Notes: a model not told the origin generated them from the letters alone. Shown: positions 51,494 to 61,110, counted from the stretch's first letter. The stretch is 64,000 nucleotides of DNA from an uncultured Bacilli bacterium (GCA_944358265.1 CALVQR010000001.1:5042-69041), one strand, 5' to 3'. Translations and numbers: made by a program.

Positions 51494-52801
51494 TCATCTA
51501 AATTTATGCTTTTGATTTTCTGGAATAAATAATTGTTTCTTTTTCATCGTTAAAACTAAAGCATGTAATCTTGCCCTCAAATCAAGTAATTGATTAGTAG
51601 TATAAAAATCATCCGCATTACAATCATATGGTAAATTATATTTTTCTGCATAGGAATAGAGCATTGGATATTCATGTTCTTCAAGATATTTCCAATTTTT
51701 CTCCTCTGCATCATAAATAAAATCTAAGCCACAAATTGCTCCAATCTCACGACTACAATTACTTGCTATCTTTACACATGCGTTCATTACATCTGGAGGA
51801 ACAATAGCATTGTTTGGATTAATACCATGTGCCCTTAAAATTTCTTGTTCTAATTCAGAATAGCTATCCTTTTCAAGTAATATACTATTTCCACCAGCAA
51901 TTGTATTTGAAACAATACTTTCACTGCTTAAAAAATATGGGGACGATGGATCAGATAAATACCTATCAAAAAGTCCATAATATTTTTCTTTAGTATTGGT
52001 AGAAGATTCCGAATACTTAAGACTTGATGCTAAAATATCGCCAGATGATGATGTAAGAACCCTTAGAGATGTATTATATTTAGTTGGTGTTTTAATAAAT
52101 TTTTGTATTCTCATATTTTGATGAAACTCTTTTTTATAATCTACGAAATCAATACTTATTCCTCTATTAGAACGCCCATTTTCATCAAATTCTAAATCAG
52201 GAAAACATGACCACTGACGTTTCACTATTTCTATTCTTTTTTGACGGTCATAAAAATTTATTTCATTATAGAATCTTTTTAGTATAGCTATTTGTTCAGG
52301 TGTTCTTAATATAAATTTTTCTGTTCCACCCTGGCCTTCTTCATTTTTAAGAACAAATGGTAAACTTGGTAATATTTCTGGAAATGAATCAGTAGGGAAT
52401 GAAATACTAAATGGCTCTGTTATTCCTTCACTGTTCAGATAAAAGTCAATTTTATTTTTTTTCTTAAAAGCATAATCTTCTTTAGTATTATTAATGTGTT
52501 TATCTAAACAAGGGGTTAAAAAAAATGCGTCATTTCCAACCATACTACTATCTGTCACAACTTTATAGCCATTCTCGAACAAATATTTAAATAATTCTTT
52601 ATATGCTTCATAAACAGGATTACTTTGACTAATTGGAACATCAGGTAAATTTATACAATGTAATTCTTGATTTATCCATTCTGGTTTAATATAAAAAAAA
52701 CCTGCATCAATATCAAAATAAATCTCTTGTCCATATCCTAATGGTAATTGGATAGATTTCATAAAACCACCTTTCTCATCACTATCTATTGATATTGTCA
52801 A
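51494..52801 (-). CDS. Divergent ATP-grasp-like protein (tentative)
   Basis: PFVLKNEEGQGGTEKFIL resembles the Lys plus Gly-rich ATP loop. GLDFIYDAEEKNWKYLEEHEYP resembles the C-terminal D...ExN Mg-binding block, with N replaced by H. Confidence 0.35.
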   Translation of the reverse strand: MTISIDSDEKGGFMKSIQLPLGYGQEIYFDIDAGFFYIKPEWINQELHCINLPDVPISQSNPVYEAYKELFKYLFENGYKVVTDSSMVGNDAFFLTPCLDKHINNTKEDYAFKKKNKIDFYLNSEGITEPFSISFPTDSFPEILPSLPFVLKNEEGQGGTEKFILRTPEQIAILKRFYNEINFYDRQKRIEIVKRQWSCFPDLEFDENGRSNRGISIDFVDYKKEFHQNMRIQKFIKTPTKYNTSLRVLTSSSGDILASSLKYSESSTNTKEKYYGLFDRYLSDPSSPYFLSSESIVSNTIAGGNSILLEKDSYSELEQEILRAHGINPNNAIVPPDVMNACVKIASNCSREIGAICGLDFIYDAEEKNWKYLEEHEYPMLYSYAEKYNLPYDCNADDFYTTNQLLDLRARLHALVLTMKKKQLFIPENQKHKFR

Positions 52802-53074
52802 TGTACAAGTGTGTTTCTAATTTGACAAAAATCAATTTGCCTTCTATAACAATTTTATCATATTTTAAAATATATTAAAACTCAAAATATAAAAGTTCGA
52901 GTTTGATATCAATCTGGTGCCTTTGATAAAGTTATCTACAACTTTTATCAAAGGCAATTAATATATAAATCAATCACTAAATTGATTATATCATCTTTTT
53001 ACCAATAATAAACATTTATTTTTCATTTTACAAAAAAATATTTATTCATTACTGATAAAATTGATAAATACAAT

Positions 53075-53293
53075 TTAATATAAAAAGTCTTTTCTAGTAT
53101 ATGGCGAAATAGTTTCTTCACCAACATTACCATTATCATTTTTATAATATCTTTTACATTTATTACAATGTAATATTTTACCACTAGGCATTAAATACGT
53201 AAGCGGTTCATTACAATTAGGACATTTTAATATGTTTTTCTTTTTCATTGCATTTTCTACTATCTTTCTTTGATTATTATTTAATTCATTCAT
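53075..53293 (-). CDS. Small zinc-ribbon protein
   Basis: 72 aa with CPNC...CNKC. Confidence 0.5.
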   Translation of the reverse strand: MNELNNNQRKIVENAMKKKNILKCPNCNEPLTYLMPSGKILHCNKCKRYYKNDNGNVGEETISPYTRKDFLY

Positions 53294-53311
53294 ATTTATA
53301 TATCCTTTCTT

Positions 53312-54235
53312 TTAACCATCTATAGTAACGTGTGATAGTTCTAATCCATATAATTCAATAGTAATTAAATGTTCGTCCAATTCGTTATTTAAGTAGGTTA
53401 GCTCGCCACAATTAACTTTACTAACATAAATAGTTGGCTTTCCTATTTTTTCAATAATTTCATCTCTTGTATGATTTTTAACATACCATTCATCCTTTTT
53501 GAATTTTTCAAATAGATGATTTATTACTTCATATTTATTTTTAAAATAATATTCTATTATTTGATCAGCATAATCAGTAAGTTCTTCTTTAACTTCGTCA
53601 GCTGTAATAATGACTTTTAATCCTTTATACTTATATTCAAATCCATTTTTTGTTTTATAGATTGAATCATCATATAATTCTTTTATAAAAGTATTCCAAT
53701 CATCAGTAATTACATCAAAAGTATCTGTTTCATGATTATAAATTACTATTTTATTTGTTCCTCTTTCAAAACATAAAGTATCACCAAATTCTAATTCTGC
53801 AAAAGGTACAATTTTGTTTTTTAATTCTGAATCAAAACTTTGAAATTTTAGAATATAAGTTTTACTATTAGGATCCATAGAATAGAAATATCTAACTAAT
53901 TTTTCCGTTCCATTTGATAATCCTAAAATATTTTTTTCAGGTTTTAAAGTTGAATTATTTAACAAGTATTTTTTATAATCTTCTACAAATGTGTAATTAA
54001 TTTTTTTTTCAACATTGTTTATATATTGTAATATTTCAGAGTCTAACTTTTTTGTTTTGTTATCAATACTTTTCAAAATACTTTCCACTTCTTCATTTGT
54101 TACTTTTAATTCTTTTAATTTATCTTGATCCTTATTAGATAAAGCATCAATTATTTGTTTTGTTCTATCATTTTCCATTTTTCTCTCTCCTTTATTTAAC
54201 ATGTTTACCACCATTTGCCAATAATATACTTTCAT
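53312..54235 (-). CDS. SUKH (SMI1/KNR4) family immunity-like protein with N- and C-terminal extensions
   Basis: INYTFVEDYKKYLLNNSTL (LPxdYxxFL...NG-like) and IVPFAELEFGDTLCFERGTNKIVIYNHETDTFDVITDDWNTFIKELY match the SUKH-1 core. Confidence 0.5.
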   Translation of the reverse strand: MKVYYWQMVVNMLNKGERKMENDRTKQIIDALSNKDQDKLKELKVTNEEVESILKSIDNKTKKLDSEILQYINNVEKKINYTFVEDYKKYLLNNSTLKPEKNILGLSNGTEKLVRYFYSMDPNSKTYILKFQSFDSELKNKIVPFAELEFGDTLCFERGTNKIVIYNHETDTFDVITDDWNTFIKELYDDSIYKTKNGFEYKYKGLKVIITADEVKEELTDYADQIIEYYFKNKYEVINHLFEKFKKDEWYVKNHTRDEIIEKIGKPTIYVSKVNCGELTYLNNELDEHLITIELYGLELSHVTIDG

Positions 54236-54246
54236 TATTCTTTACC

Positions 54247-55815
54247 CTATATTCCTTTTCTTGAAATATTATTATAGATTTCATCACTTTTATTAATGTC
54301 ATTTACATAATCATAACTACCTCTTACCATTTCATATTTACTATATATTTTTTCAATTAAAGGCAATGCAATACTAAAATCAATATCATTATTATCTAAA
54401 TTAATTATATAATCTACAACTTTACCTTTTTCACATCTCAACTCATCAATATCTTTTAATTCCATTATTTGAAAAATTGTTGGTTCTTTATCAGACCATT
54501 TAGTCAAAGATATAGTTAAACCAGCATTTTGAATTTCTTTTCTTATTCTATCAACTAAATCAATATCTTCTATATCTATAAAAGAATTCATGATTATATC
54601 AATACGTCTATAAATTTCACTACCATCAATGTTATCAATTCCTTTTCCATTATTAGCAATTAATTCATTTAATATATCAATTTGTTCTAAAAAATGATTA
54701 AAATCTCTATAATAAATCTCTATTTCATTACATATTTGACTAAGTTTATCCATTCTTCCATTTTGAATTCCACTATTAATAAGTGTATACTTACTTATGA
54801 AAGCTTCTGTAATTGCTTCTCTCAATCCTCCAGTGTTGTATGCATCATTATATTTATCAAATAAATCATTTTTATAGTAATCCGATATTTTAGTATTACT
54901 AGGTTTAATTGACTCTAGGTAATCAATTGCACTTTTCTTTTTTATTTCAAAATCAATTTGTTGATCTGTTGCTATTGTACGCATAGAACTTTTATATGAA
55001 ATATCTTTTTTTGATGGTTTAATCTTTTTCTGTTTTATTAAATCAATAAACATTCTTAATGAATTAATATCACTCATTCTTTTTAATCTTTCAATATCAA
55101 ATGAAAGTAAATTTAAAAATTGATTCCCAGTATCTTGGATTTTTACGGTATTATTTTGAATTAACAAATCAAGTTTTTTTTGCAAATCTTCCGCAGTACA
55201 TGGAGAACTATATTCTACTAAAAATTTTTCCATTTCTTCATAAGTTCCAAAGTCCATAAACCAAGGTCTTCCACGAAAAGGGGTACCTATTTTTATATAA
55301 AACAAGTCATTTTCTGCATATTCTTTAAATTTTGTCATTACAAAAGGTCTTATTGGATTTGAGAGTTCTGTAAACCATTCTTGCAATTTATGCTCTATTT
55401 TATATTGAATTGGATTAACAGAATAATTACATTCGCTCATCTTTATTTCATCGTTTTTATCACCAAATGATTCTCTATCATTTTTTTGTAAATCTAATAT
55501 TGGGGTTTTTTTATAAATAAACCAATTCCTTAACGTACGATATTCATATAATAATGTTTTAAAATTTGAAATAATTTTAGGTTGACTAAAAAGATGTGTT
55601 GCCTGATCTGCTTGTGGCTGTGTTTGAAATTCACCTATAAAATGATCAGTATATTTTGCATTTTTAAGCCAATTTTGTAATTTTTCAATTTTTTTCTCCA
55701 TTTTTTTATCTAATTGTTCAATGGTGAAATTATTGAATTCAACTCCAAAAATATCAAAATCTTGTGCCATATATCTTATATCTATTTTTCTATTGCCTAA
55801 TAGATTTGTTTGCAT
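54247..55815 (-). CDS. Large hypothetical protein (522 aa), island component
   Basis: ORF track; no motif recognised by eye. Separated from the SUKH gene by 11 nt, suggesting an operon. Confidence 0.45.
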   Translation of the reverse strand: MQTNLLGNRKIDIRYMAQDFDIFGVEFNNFTIEQLDKKMEKKIEKLQNWLKNAKYTDHFIGEFQTQPQADQATHLFSQPKIISNFKTLLYEYRTLRNWFIYKKTPILDLQKNDRESFGDKNDEIKMSECNYSVNPIQYKIEHKLQEWFTELSNPIRPFVMTKFKEYAENDLFYIKIGTPFRGRPWFMDFGTYEEMEKFLVEYSSPCTAEDLQKKLDLLIQNNTVKIQDTGNQFLNLLSFDIERLKRMSDINSLRMFIDLIKQKKIKPSKKDISYKSSMRTIATDQQIDFEIKKKSAIDYLESIKPSNTKISDYYKNDLFDKYNDAYNTGGLREAITEAFISKYTLINSGIQNGRMDKLSQICNEIEIYYRDFNHFLEQIDILNELIANNGKGIDNIDGSEIYRRIDIIMNSFIDIEDIDLVDRIRKEIQNAGLTISLTKWSDKEPTIFQIMELKDIDELRCEKGKVVDYIINLDNNDIDFSIALPLIEKIYSKYEMVRGSYDYVNDINKSDEIYNNISRKGI

Positions 55816-55914
55816 TTAATTCACCTCATTTTTTTGTTCTATTATTTCCCATTTTTTTCTCTTTTCTATATAATGTAATTATTTAAGATTAGTATAGTTT
55901 TTTTTTAAGATAAA

Positions 55915-57168
55915 TTACATCATCCTTTTTCCACTACGTTCAACATTTTCAGCTATTTCAGTTTCTTCTGTGATGTCATCAAACAAATTATCATCAATAC
56001 CAATTTCACTCATTCTTCTTTTATAAATCATTTCACGGAATTGCTGTTCTACAATTTGCTGTCTTTCTGGCTCTAATTCATCATAGTCATATTTTTCTTT
56101 AATCATTTCCCATTCTTGATCTTCTCTCGTTTTATTTTCATTAATAGAAGTATTTACTTGTGCCTGTTCTTTTTTATATTGATTATCTTTCTTTCGACGA
56201 AGAAATACCATAGACATAAGACCATCTAATCTTTTTTCTTTCTTATCAAACTTACTTGTTACATAAGGAACTCCTTCTTGCTTTTTTCTTTCTTCAAATG
56301 CAACTTTATCTTGCATATTTTTTATTTTATCATTTTTTAAGATTTCAATAATTGAATCAATATTTATTGCTTGTCCTTTTAAACCATTTATGTATCTTAT
56401 TGTTTGAAAATCTATATCTGATTCATTTTGTTTAAATGTCTTTGCCACTAAATATCTTAACATACCATCTACATTGCTTGTAATTAAACTATCTTCATTA
56501 ATATACTTTAAACCATTTTTGCCATAAATAGATTTTAAAATATTTAATTCATCTCTACCAATAGCATTTCTTTTCATTGGCAACATTCTTTCCATAGCAT
56601 TAGCAAATATTTCTAGTCTATATTTACGCATTTCTAATTTTTGTTTTACTTGTTCTGAAATATCATCTATTTTTGATAAATCAATATCCTCTGCATCATG
56701 TAAAATATCCGCACCAATTCTAACTCGATATAATGTATAATTATCAGCAGGAACAAAATCCGTTATCCATTCGTCACCTTGAAATCCATTATTATAATGC
56801 CCCCTCAATTGATCTGAAATAAAAGGTTTTCTTACATTTAATCCATCTGTATTAATTTGATATATTACTGCAACAGATGGTATTATTATTCGTTCGTTAT
56901 AAATTGATAGATTATTATGAATCGGTATTCCATCATGGTGTAAATCACCATATGCTGATGTTACCATACTCAAATTGTCAGACATATAAACACCATATTC
57001 ATTTCCATCAGTAACAGTCTTTCTACCATACTGATCAATAATAGGAGCATAATTAACTTTTAAATCAACACCAGAAAATTTAAAAGATTGTAACTTATTA
57101 TAATCAATTTTTATCCCTCTATATAATACACTTGGTTTATTTTCCATATTTACCTCCTTTATCTTCAT
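55915..57168 (-). CDS. Hypothetical protein (417 aa), island component
   Basis: ORF track. The N-terminal half has weak R / S-T-S-like patterning (LYRGIKI...MVTSAY) but no convincing catalytic signature. Its stop is 8 nt from the start of the next gene. Confidence 0.45.
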   Translation of the reverse strand: MKIKEVNMENKPSVLYRGIKIDYNKLQSFKFSGVDLKVNYAPIIDQYGRKTVTDGNEYGVYMSDNLSMVTSAYGDLHHDGIPIHNNLSIYNERIIIPSVAVIYQINTDGLNVRKPFISDQLRGHYNNGFQGDEWITDFVPADNYTLYRVRIGADILHDAEDIDLSKIDDISEQVKQKLEMRKYRLEIFANAMERMLPMKRNAIGRDELNILKSIYGKNGLKYINEDSLITSNVDGMLRYLVAKTFKQNESDIDFQTIRYINGLKGQAINIDSIIEILKNDKIKNMQDKVAFEERKKQEGVPYVTSKFDKKEKRLDGLMSMVFLRRKKDNQYKKEQAQVNTSINENKTREDQEWEMIKEKYDYDELEPERQQIVEQQFREMIYKRRMSEIGIDDNLFDDITEETEIAENVERSGKRMM

Positions 57169-57175
57169 TTAAAAT

Positions 57176-57790
57176 TTAATTAATACAATCTATATCAATA
57201 ACTTTGTTATCCTTAAATATAATTTTATACACGCCTGGACTTTTTGGCTTTTCATAAACAATTACTTTTTTGTTATATTTTATATAAATCTTCTCATTAA
57301 CAAATTTAAAATCACAATGATTTTGTAAGAATGATAAAAGCATTATTCCATGAATAACTACAATTGATTTTTCATTATTTTGCAAAATATCTTCTATGAA
57401 ACTATCAAATCTCAAGTCTATATCATTCAAAGATTCTCCATTATTAACTTTAAAATTTTTATCTTTAAATGAATGCACTGTAAAATCACTAGGAAGTTCA
57501 TTTAGAAATTTTATTCCAAATTCTCTTTCATTTATTCTATCATCTAGTTTTATTTTTGTTTTATTTGATTCACTTAAATATTTAGCAGTTGCTATAGCAC
57601 GAAAAGAATTACTTGAATATATATTTTTAATATTCTTTAATTCTTCTATCTCACATAGTTTTTGAGCTTTTTCTTCTCCTTGAACAGATAATATCATATT
57701 TTTATTATATTCATACCATGACATATTTTCTTGATTATCATACTCAACAAATGGACCAGAATGTCTTATTAAATAAACTATTTTTTCCAA
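57176..57790 (-). CDS. Histidine phosphatase superfamily (phosphoglycerate-mutase-like branch) protein
   Basis: N-terminal RHG-type motif VYLIRHSGP and a downstream catalytic His context SIVVIHGIMLLSF. Confidence 0.6.
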   Translation of the reverse strand: MEKIVYLIRHSGPFVEYDNQENMSWYEYNKNMILSVQGEEKAQKLCEIEELKNIKNIYSSNSFRAIATAKYLSESNKTKIKLDDRINEREFGIKFLNELPSDFTVHSFKDKNFKVNNGESLNDIDLRFDSFIEDILQNNEKSIVVIHGIMLLSFLQNHCDFKFVNEKIYIKYNKKVIVYEKPKSPGVYKIIFKDNKVIDIDCIN

Positions 57791-57995
57791 TTAGAACACC
57801 TCATATCTTTATTAAATTATAGCACAACACATAAATATATTCTATATCTAAGGCTGAACTAACATAGTGATTTACAAAGAATGTCTTAATTATTAAATCA
57901 TATCTGTAATATACAATTGTATTCTGGTCTTGCTTTTTCTCAACACGTAGATACTCATTAATTTTATATTTAACTTTTTTGTTATAAATATTTTG

Positions 57996-59735
57996 TTATA
58001 AATATATTGATATTGGATATTTTTTAAAAGACTCTATAGTTTGATAATCAATATCTTTTATTAAGATACTGGCTTCAACTTTACTATCCATTAATAAACT
58101 GCAACACAACTGTATTTCTACATTAGAATTATTAGTTTTAATGTTCATTAGTTCTTTTATTTCTTCATCTGTTAGCTTGTTTTCACGCTTTAAAATCTGA
58201 CACAAGTTTATATAATATATATCATGCGAATCAGAATCTTTTTCTAGTAAAATATTTATCAAAAACTTTGCGTATGATAATAAATTTGAATTTTTATTAT
58301 AATCATATGCTTTTATTATTTCCAATACTTGCGCATTTAGCAGTTCATATTCACCATCTCTTAAACTATAATCTGTAAAGATTTCTTTCATTTCATCAAA
58401 ATTTATATCATCTGAAAGGTATGCCTCAGAATTAAGAATAAGATATAAGTTATTAGTATTAATTTCTTTTTCGTTGTTCTGATATTTAAAAACATACTTT
58501 TTATAATCTATATTATTCCATAAGCTTTCTATATAAAAACTTCCTTTTTCGTTTTTGTGAGCCATTATAGATAGTCTTAAATCTCGTATTTCTATAGAAC
58601 CAATCAAGCTTATCTCACTTTTTAAATTTAGAGGAATCTTATCTTCTATTGCTGTAAGCCAAATATTGAGTTTATTGAAATCTTTATCTTGCCACTCATC
58701 AAAATTTAAATCTTTATTAACATTATGTTTTAACAATATTTGTTTTAATTCTTCATATTGAGATAACAATGTTTTAAATTTAGAGAATTCTTTTTCGGGA
58801 AACTCAACTACAAATTCTTTCTCATTAATCAAAAAACCTTTATTTATAAAAGCCTTATTTATAAAATGAAGAGCCTTTATACGTTCTAATAAACTTCCAC
58901 GAATTTTTATGTTAAAAGTATGTTTCGTTAAATTAAAATTGAAACTATTCCCAAAATATATTATTTGTTCATTTAATTTTGTTTCTAATTTTATGCCTTT
59001 ATAAATAATCTCTTTCTCTGTATCTGAAATAACAGCGTTCAAGTTTTCAATTATATTATATATTATCCCAAAACTTGCACCAATAGGGTATTCATGTTCG
59101 TCAAAAGTATAAATAAATTTACTCATTCCAACTAATTTTTGTGGATTGAAATTTTGCATATCCTTATCCCATACACTAAATCTTGCTACTTTACCATTTT
59201 CTACAGTTAGATTTTCTTGATTGAACATATTTTGATTCATCTTTTTTTGTATTTCCTTATCTATTTGAAAATTTCTACATATACTTTCTAAATGCGAGGC
59301 ATCTTTTATTTCTTTAATTTTCACTCTAATAGTATCAGATGAATCATTATTCTTTAAATAATTATTTATGTGGTATGGTAACAAAGATGAAAAATATATT
59401 TTAAAATCATCACTTTCTCGTTTAAATAAACACATAAGTAATAATGTTCCATTTTTTTTTAAAAAATTTTGCATATCTATAACTGATAAATCAAAATAAC
59501 TTTTGTCTGTTAATTTCTTGTTATTTGTGGTTCTTCCTTTGACTTGTACATCAATTGAAAACTGAAAATTTTCCTTTTTATCAATATTTCCATGATAAAA
59601 ATCAATAGTACCATCCCAAGAAATAGATTTATCATTGCTTTGAATATGTCCATCAGCACTTTCTATTTTATCAATTAGTTCATTAATTTTAGTAATAGCT
59701 CTTTGTTCTGTTTTTTTACTACTAATATTTCCCAT
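57996..59735 (-). CDS. DUF4365-like (restriction-endonuclease-fold) N-terminal domain protein with large uncharacterised alpha-rich C-terminal region
   Basis: SWDGTIDFYHGNIDKKENFQFSIDVQVKGRTTNN...LLLMCLFKRESDDFKIYF reproduces the D-G-iD ... vQvK ... hydrophobic core ... yW/yF pattern of DUF4365 / PD-(D/E)xK-like modules. Confidence 0.5.
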   Translation of the reverse strand: MGNISSKKTEQRAITKINELIDKIESADGHIQSNDKSISWDGTIDFYHGNIDKKENFQFSIDVQVKGRTTNNKKLTDKSYFDLSVIDMQNFLKKNGTLLLMCLFKRESDDFKIYFSSLLPYHINNYLKNNDSSDTIRVKIKEIKDASHLESICRNFQIDKEIQKKMNQNMFNQENLTVENGKVARFSVWDKDMQNFNPQKLVGMSKFIYTFDEHEYPIGASFGIIYNIIENLNAVISDTEKEIIYKGIKLETKLNEQIIYFGNSFNFNLTKHTFNIKIRGSLLERIKALHFINKAFINKGFLINEKEFVVEFPEKEFSKFKTLLSQYEELKQILLKHNVNKDLNFDEWQDKDFNKLNIWLTAIEDKIPLNLKSEISLIGSIEIRDLRLSIMAHKNEKGSFYIESLWNNIDYKKYVFKYQNNEKEINTNNLYLILNSEAYLSDDINFDEMKEIFTDYSLRDGEYELLNAQVLEIIKAYDYNKNSNLLSYAKFLINILLEKDSDSHDIYYINLCQILKRENKLTDEEIKELMNIKTNNSNVEIQLCCSLLMDSKVEASILIKDIDYQTIESFKKYPISIYL

Positions 59736-60142
59736 TTACATCATCTCCTAACAAGATATTTAATATCTATATTATATCACGAAAAAAGTCGCATTTTTTT
59801 GCAACTTATATTTCTAAATCAAAGTCATCATGATCTTTATGTTTATTATCTTCTTTACTCCAATTATAATCTTCTTTTATGTCATCTATGGTTTTATCAC
59901 TAAATATCCTATGTTCGTATAAGCCTTTTGAAAATTTTTAATAATCTTCACGTTCTTTGTCTTTGACGAATATTTTATGTTTGATAAAATTGATTAATCT
60001 ATCAAATAAATCTTTAAAGTAATCTACTAGTTCTTCAAGATGCTTATTATCTTTTTTTAACTCTTTAATCTCTTTATTTTCGATATTTTTTGATAAAGTA
60101 TCTACTTTAAGAGATATTGCTTCATTGTTTTCGGTTAGTATT

Positions 60143-60608
60143 TTAATTTTTTATTTTCCAATTTTCTAAAGTATTATTTATGTGCTTTAAATTGTATGTT
60201 CCATTAAGAATTGCATTCTTAACTGCATATCTTGTTATTTCGTTATCTTCCCATTTGGAAATGTATTTATATTCAGTTGGACTTAACAGTCTTCCAAATT
60301 CTTGCTCTATATAACTATAAATATTAATATTATCCATTATTCTTATATTCTTCTATTGTGGTTATTTCGTTGGTTGAAATTAAGTGTTTTATTGCTGTTC
60401 TTATCTCTTGCTCTGACAAACCTAATTCTTTAGATAATTGTTTTCTACTTGTTACAAAACTACCTCTTGAAGCTTCTATCCCCCTAAACAAACCATCTTC
60501 CCAATTTGCTTTTAATATGCAATGAATGAATACTGCTTTTGTATTTACATCTGTATACCCTTCCCAATTGAGAAATTTATTATGAATTTTTATCCAACTT
60601 TCATTCAT
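60143..60608 (-). pseudogene. Phage replisome-organiser / DnaD-domain gene split by a frameshift
   Basis: 60330..60608 encodes a wHTH N-part (FVTSRKQLSKELGLSEQEIRTAIKHL). 60143..60337 encodes a DnaD C-domain (YIEQEFGRLLSPTEYKYISKWEDN...AVKNAILNG...NTLENW). The two ORFs overlap by 8 nt in different frames. Confidence 0.55.
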
Positions 60609-60857
60609 TGTCTTTTTCCTTTAATAAAATTTGAATTTTGTTCGTTCTTAAGCTATAATTAATTAATATTTTATTTTTAAAATACTAATTTATTTATTGA
60701 ATTATCTACTTTCAATTGTGGTTGGTTGTGTAGATAATTCTTTTTTTCGTCTATTTGTTATGCATTTATACACATTAATATAAATCAAAAAACACCTGTT
60801 ATTACTAATAATATATATCCTAGCATCTCTTTTCTCACTTTTTGATCCGCATCCTTT

Positions 60858-61025
60858 CTATAATCCCAAAACATGTTTTTCAAAATATTGTATTGGTATT
60901 CTTTTCCCTATGATAATTACATTAGGATTTTCTTTTTTCATTTGATTTTGTAGTTTTTCTATTATTCGATAACATTTTGTTTCCCCATATCCTGTAATTT
61001 TCATTATGTCTTTTACTCCATACAT
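60858..61025 (-). CDS. Small HTH_17/excisionase-family DNA-binding protein
   Basis: MYGVKDIMKITGYGETKCYRIIEKLQNQ...VIIIGKRIPIQYFEKHV behind a GGAGGG RBS. Coordinates approximate. Confidence 0.45.
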   Translation of the reverse strand: MYGVKDIMKITGYGETKCYRIIEKLQNQMKKENPNVIIIGKRIPIQYFEKHVLGL

Positions 61026-61110
61026 TTTTTATCCCTCCTCATAAAATTTTGTCCAGTCAAAATTAAATGTTCCCCACTAGTCTTTTTGTTGTGTAAACAC
61101 TACATTCCCC

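Noticed and set aside
55915-57168. Possible ADP-ribosyltransferase (R / S-T-S / ExE) reading of the 417-aa island protein
   Set aside because: Only the aromatic-Arg (LYRG) and a T-S pair are present. There is no convincing ExE/QxE loop at the right spacing, so this is too weak to call.
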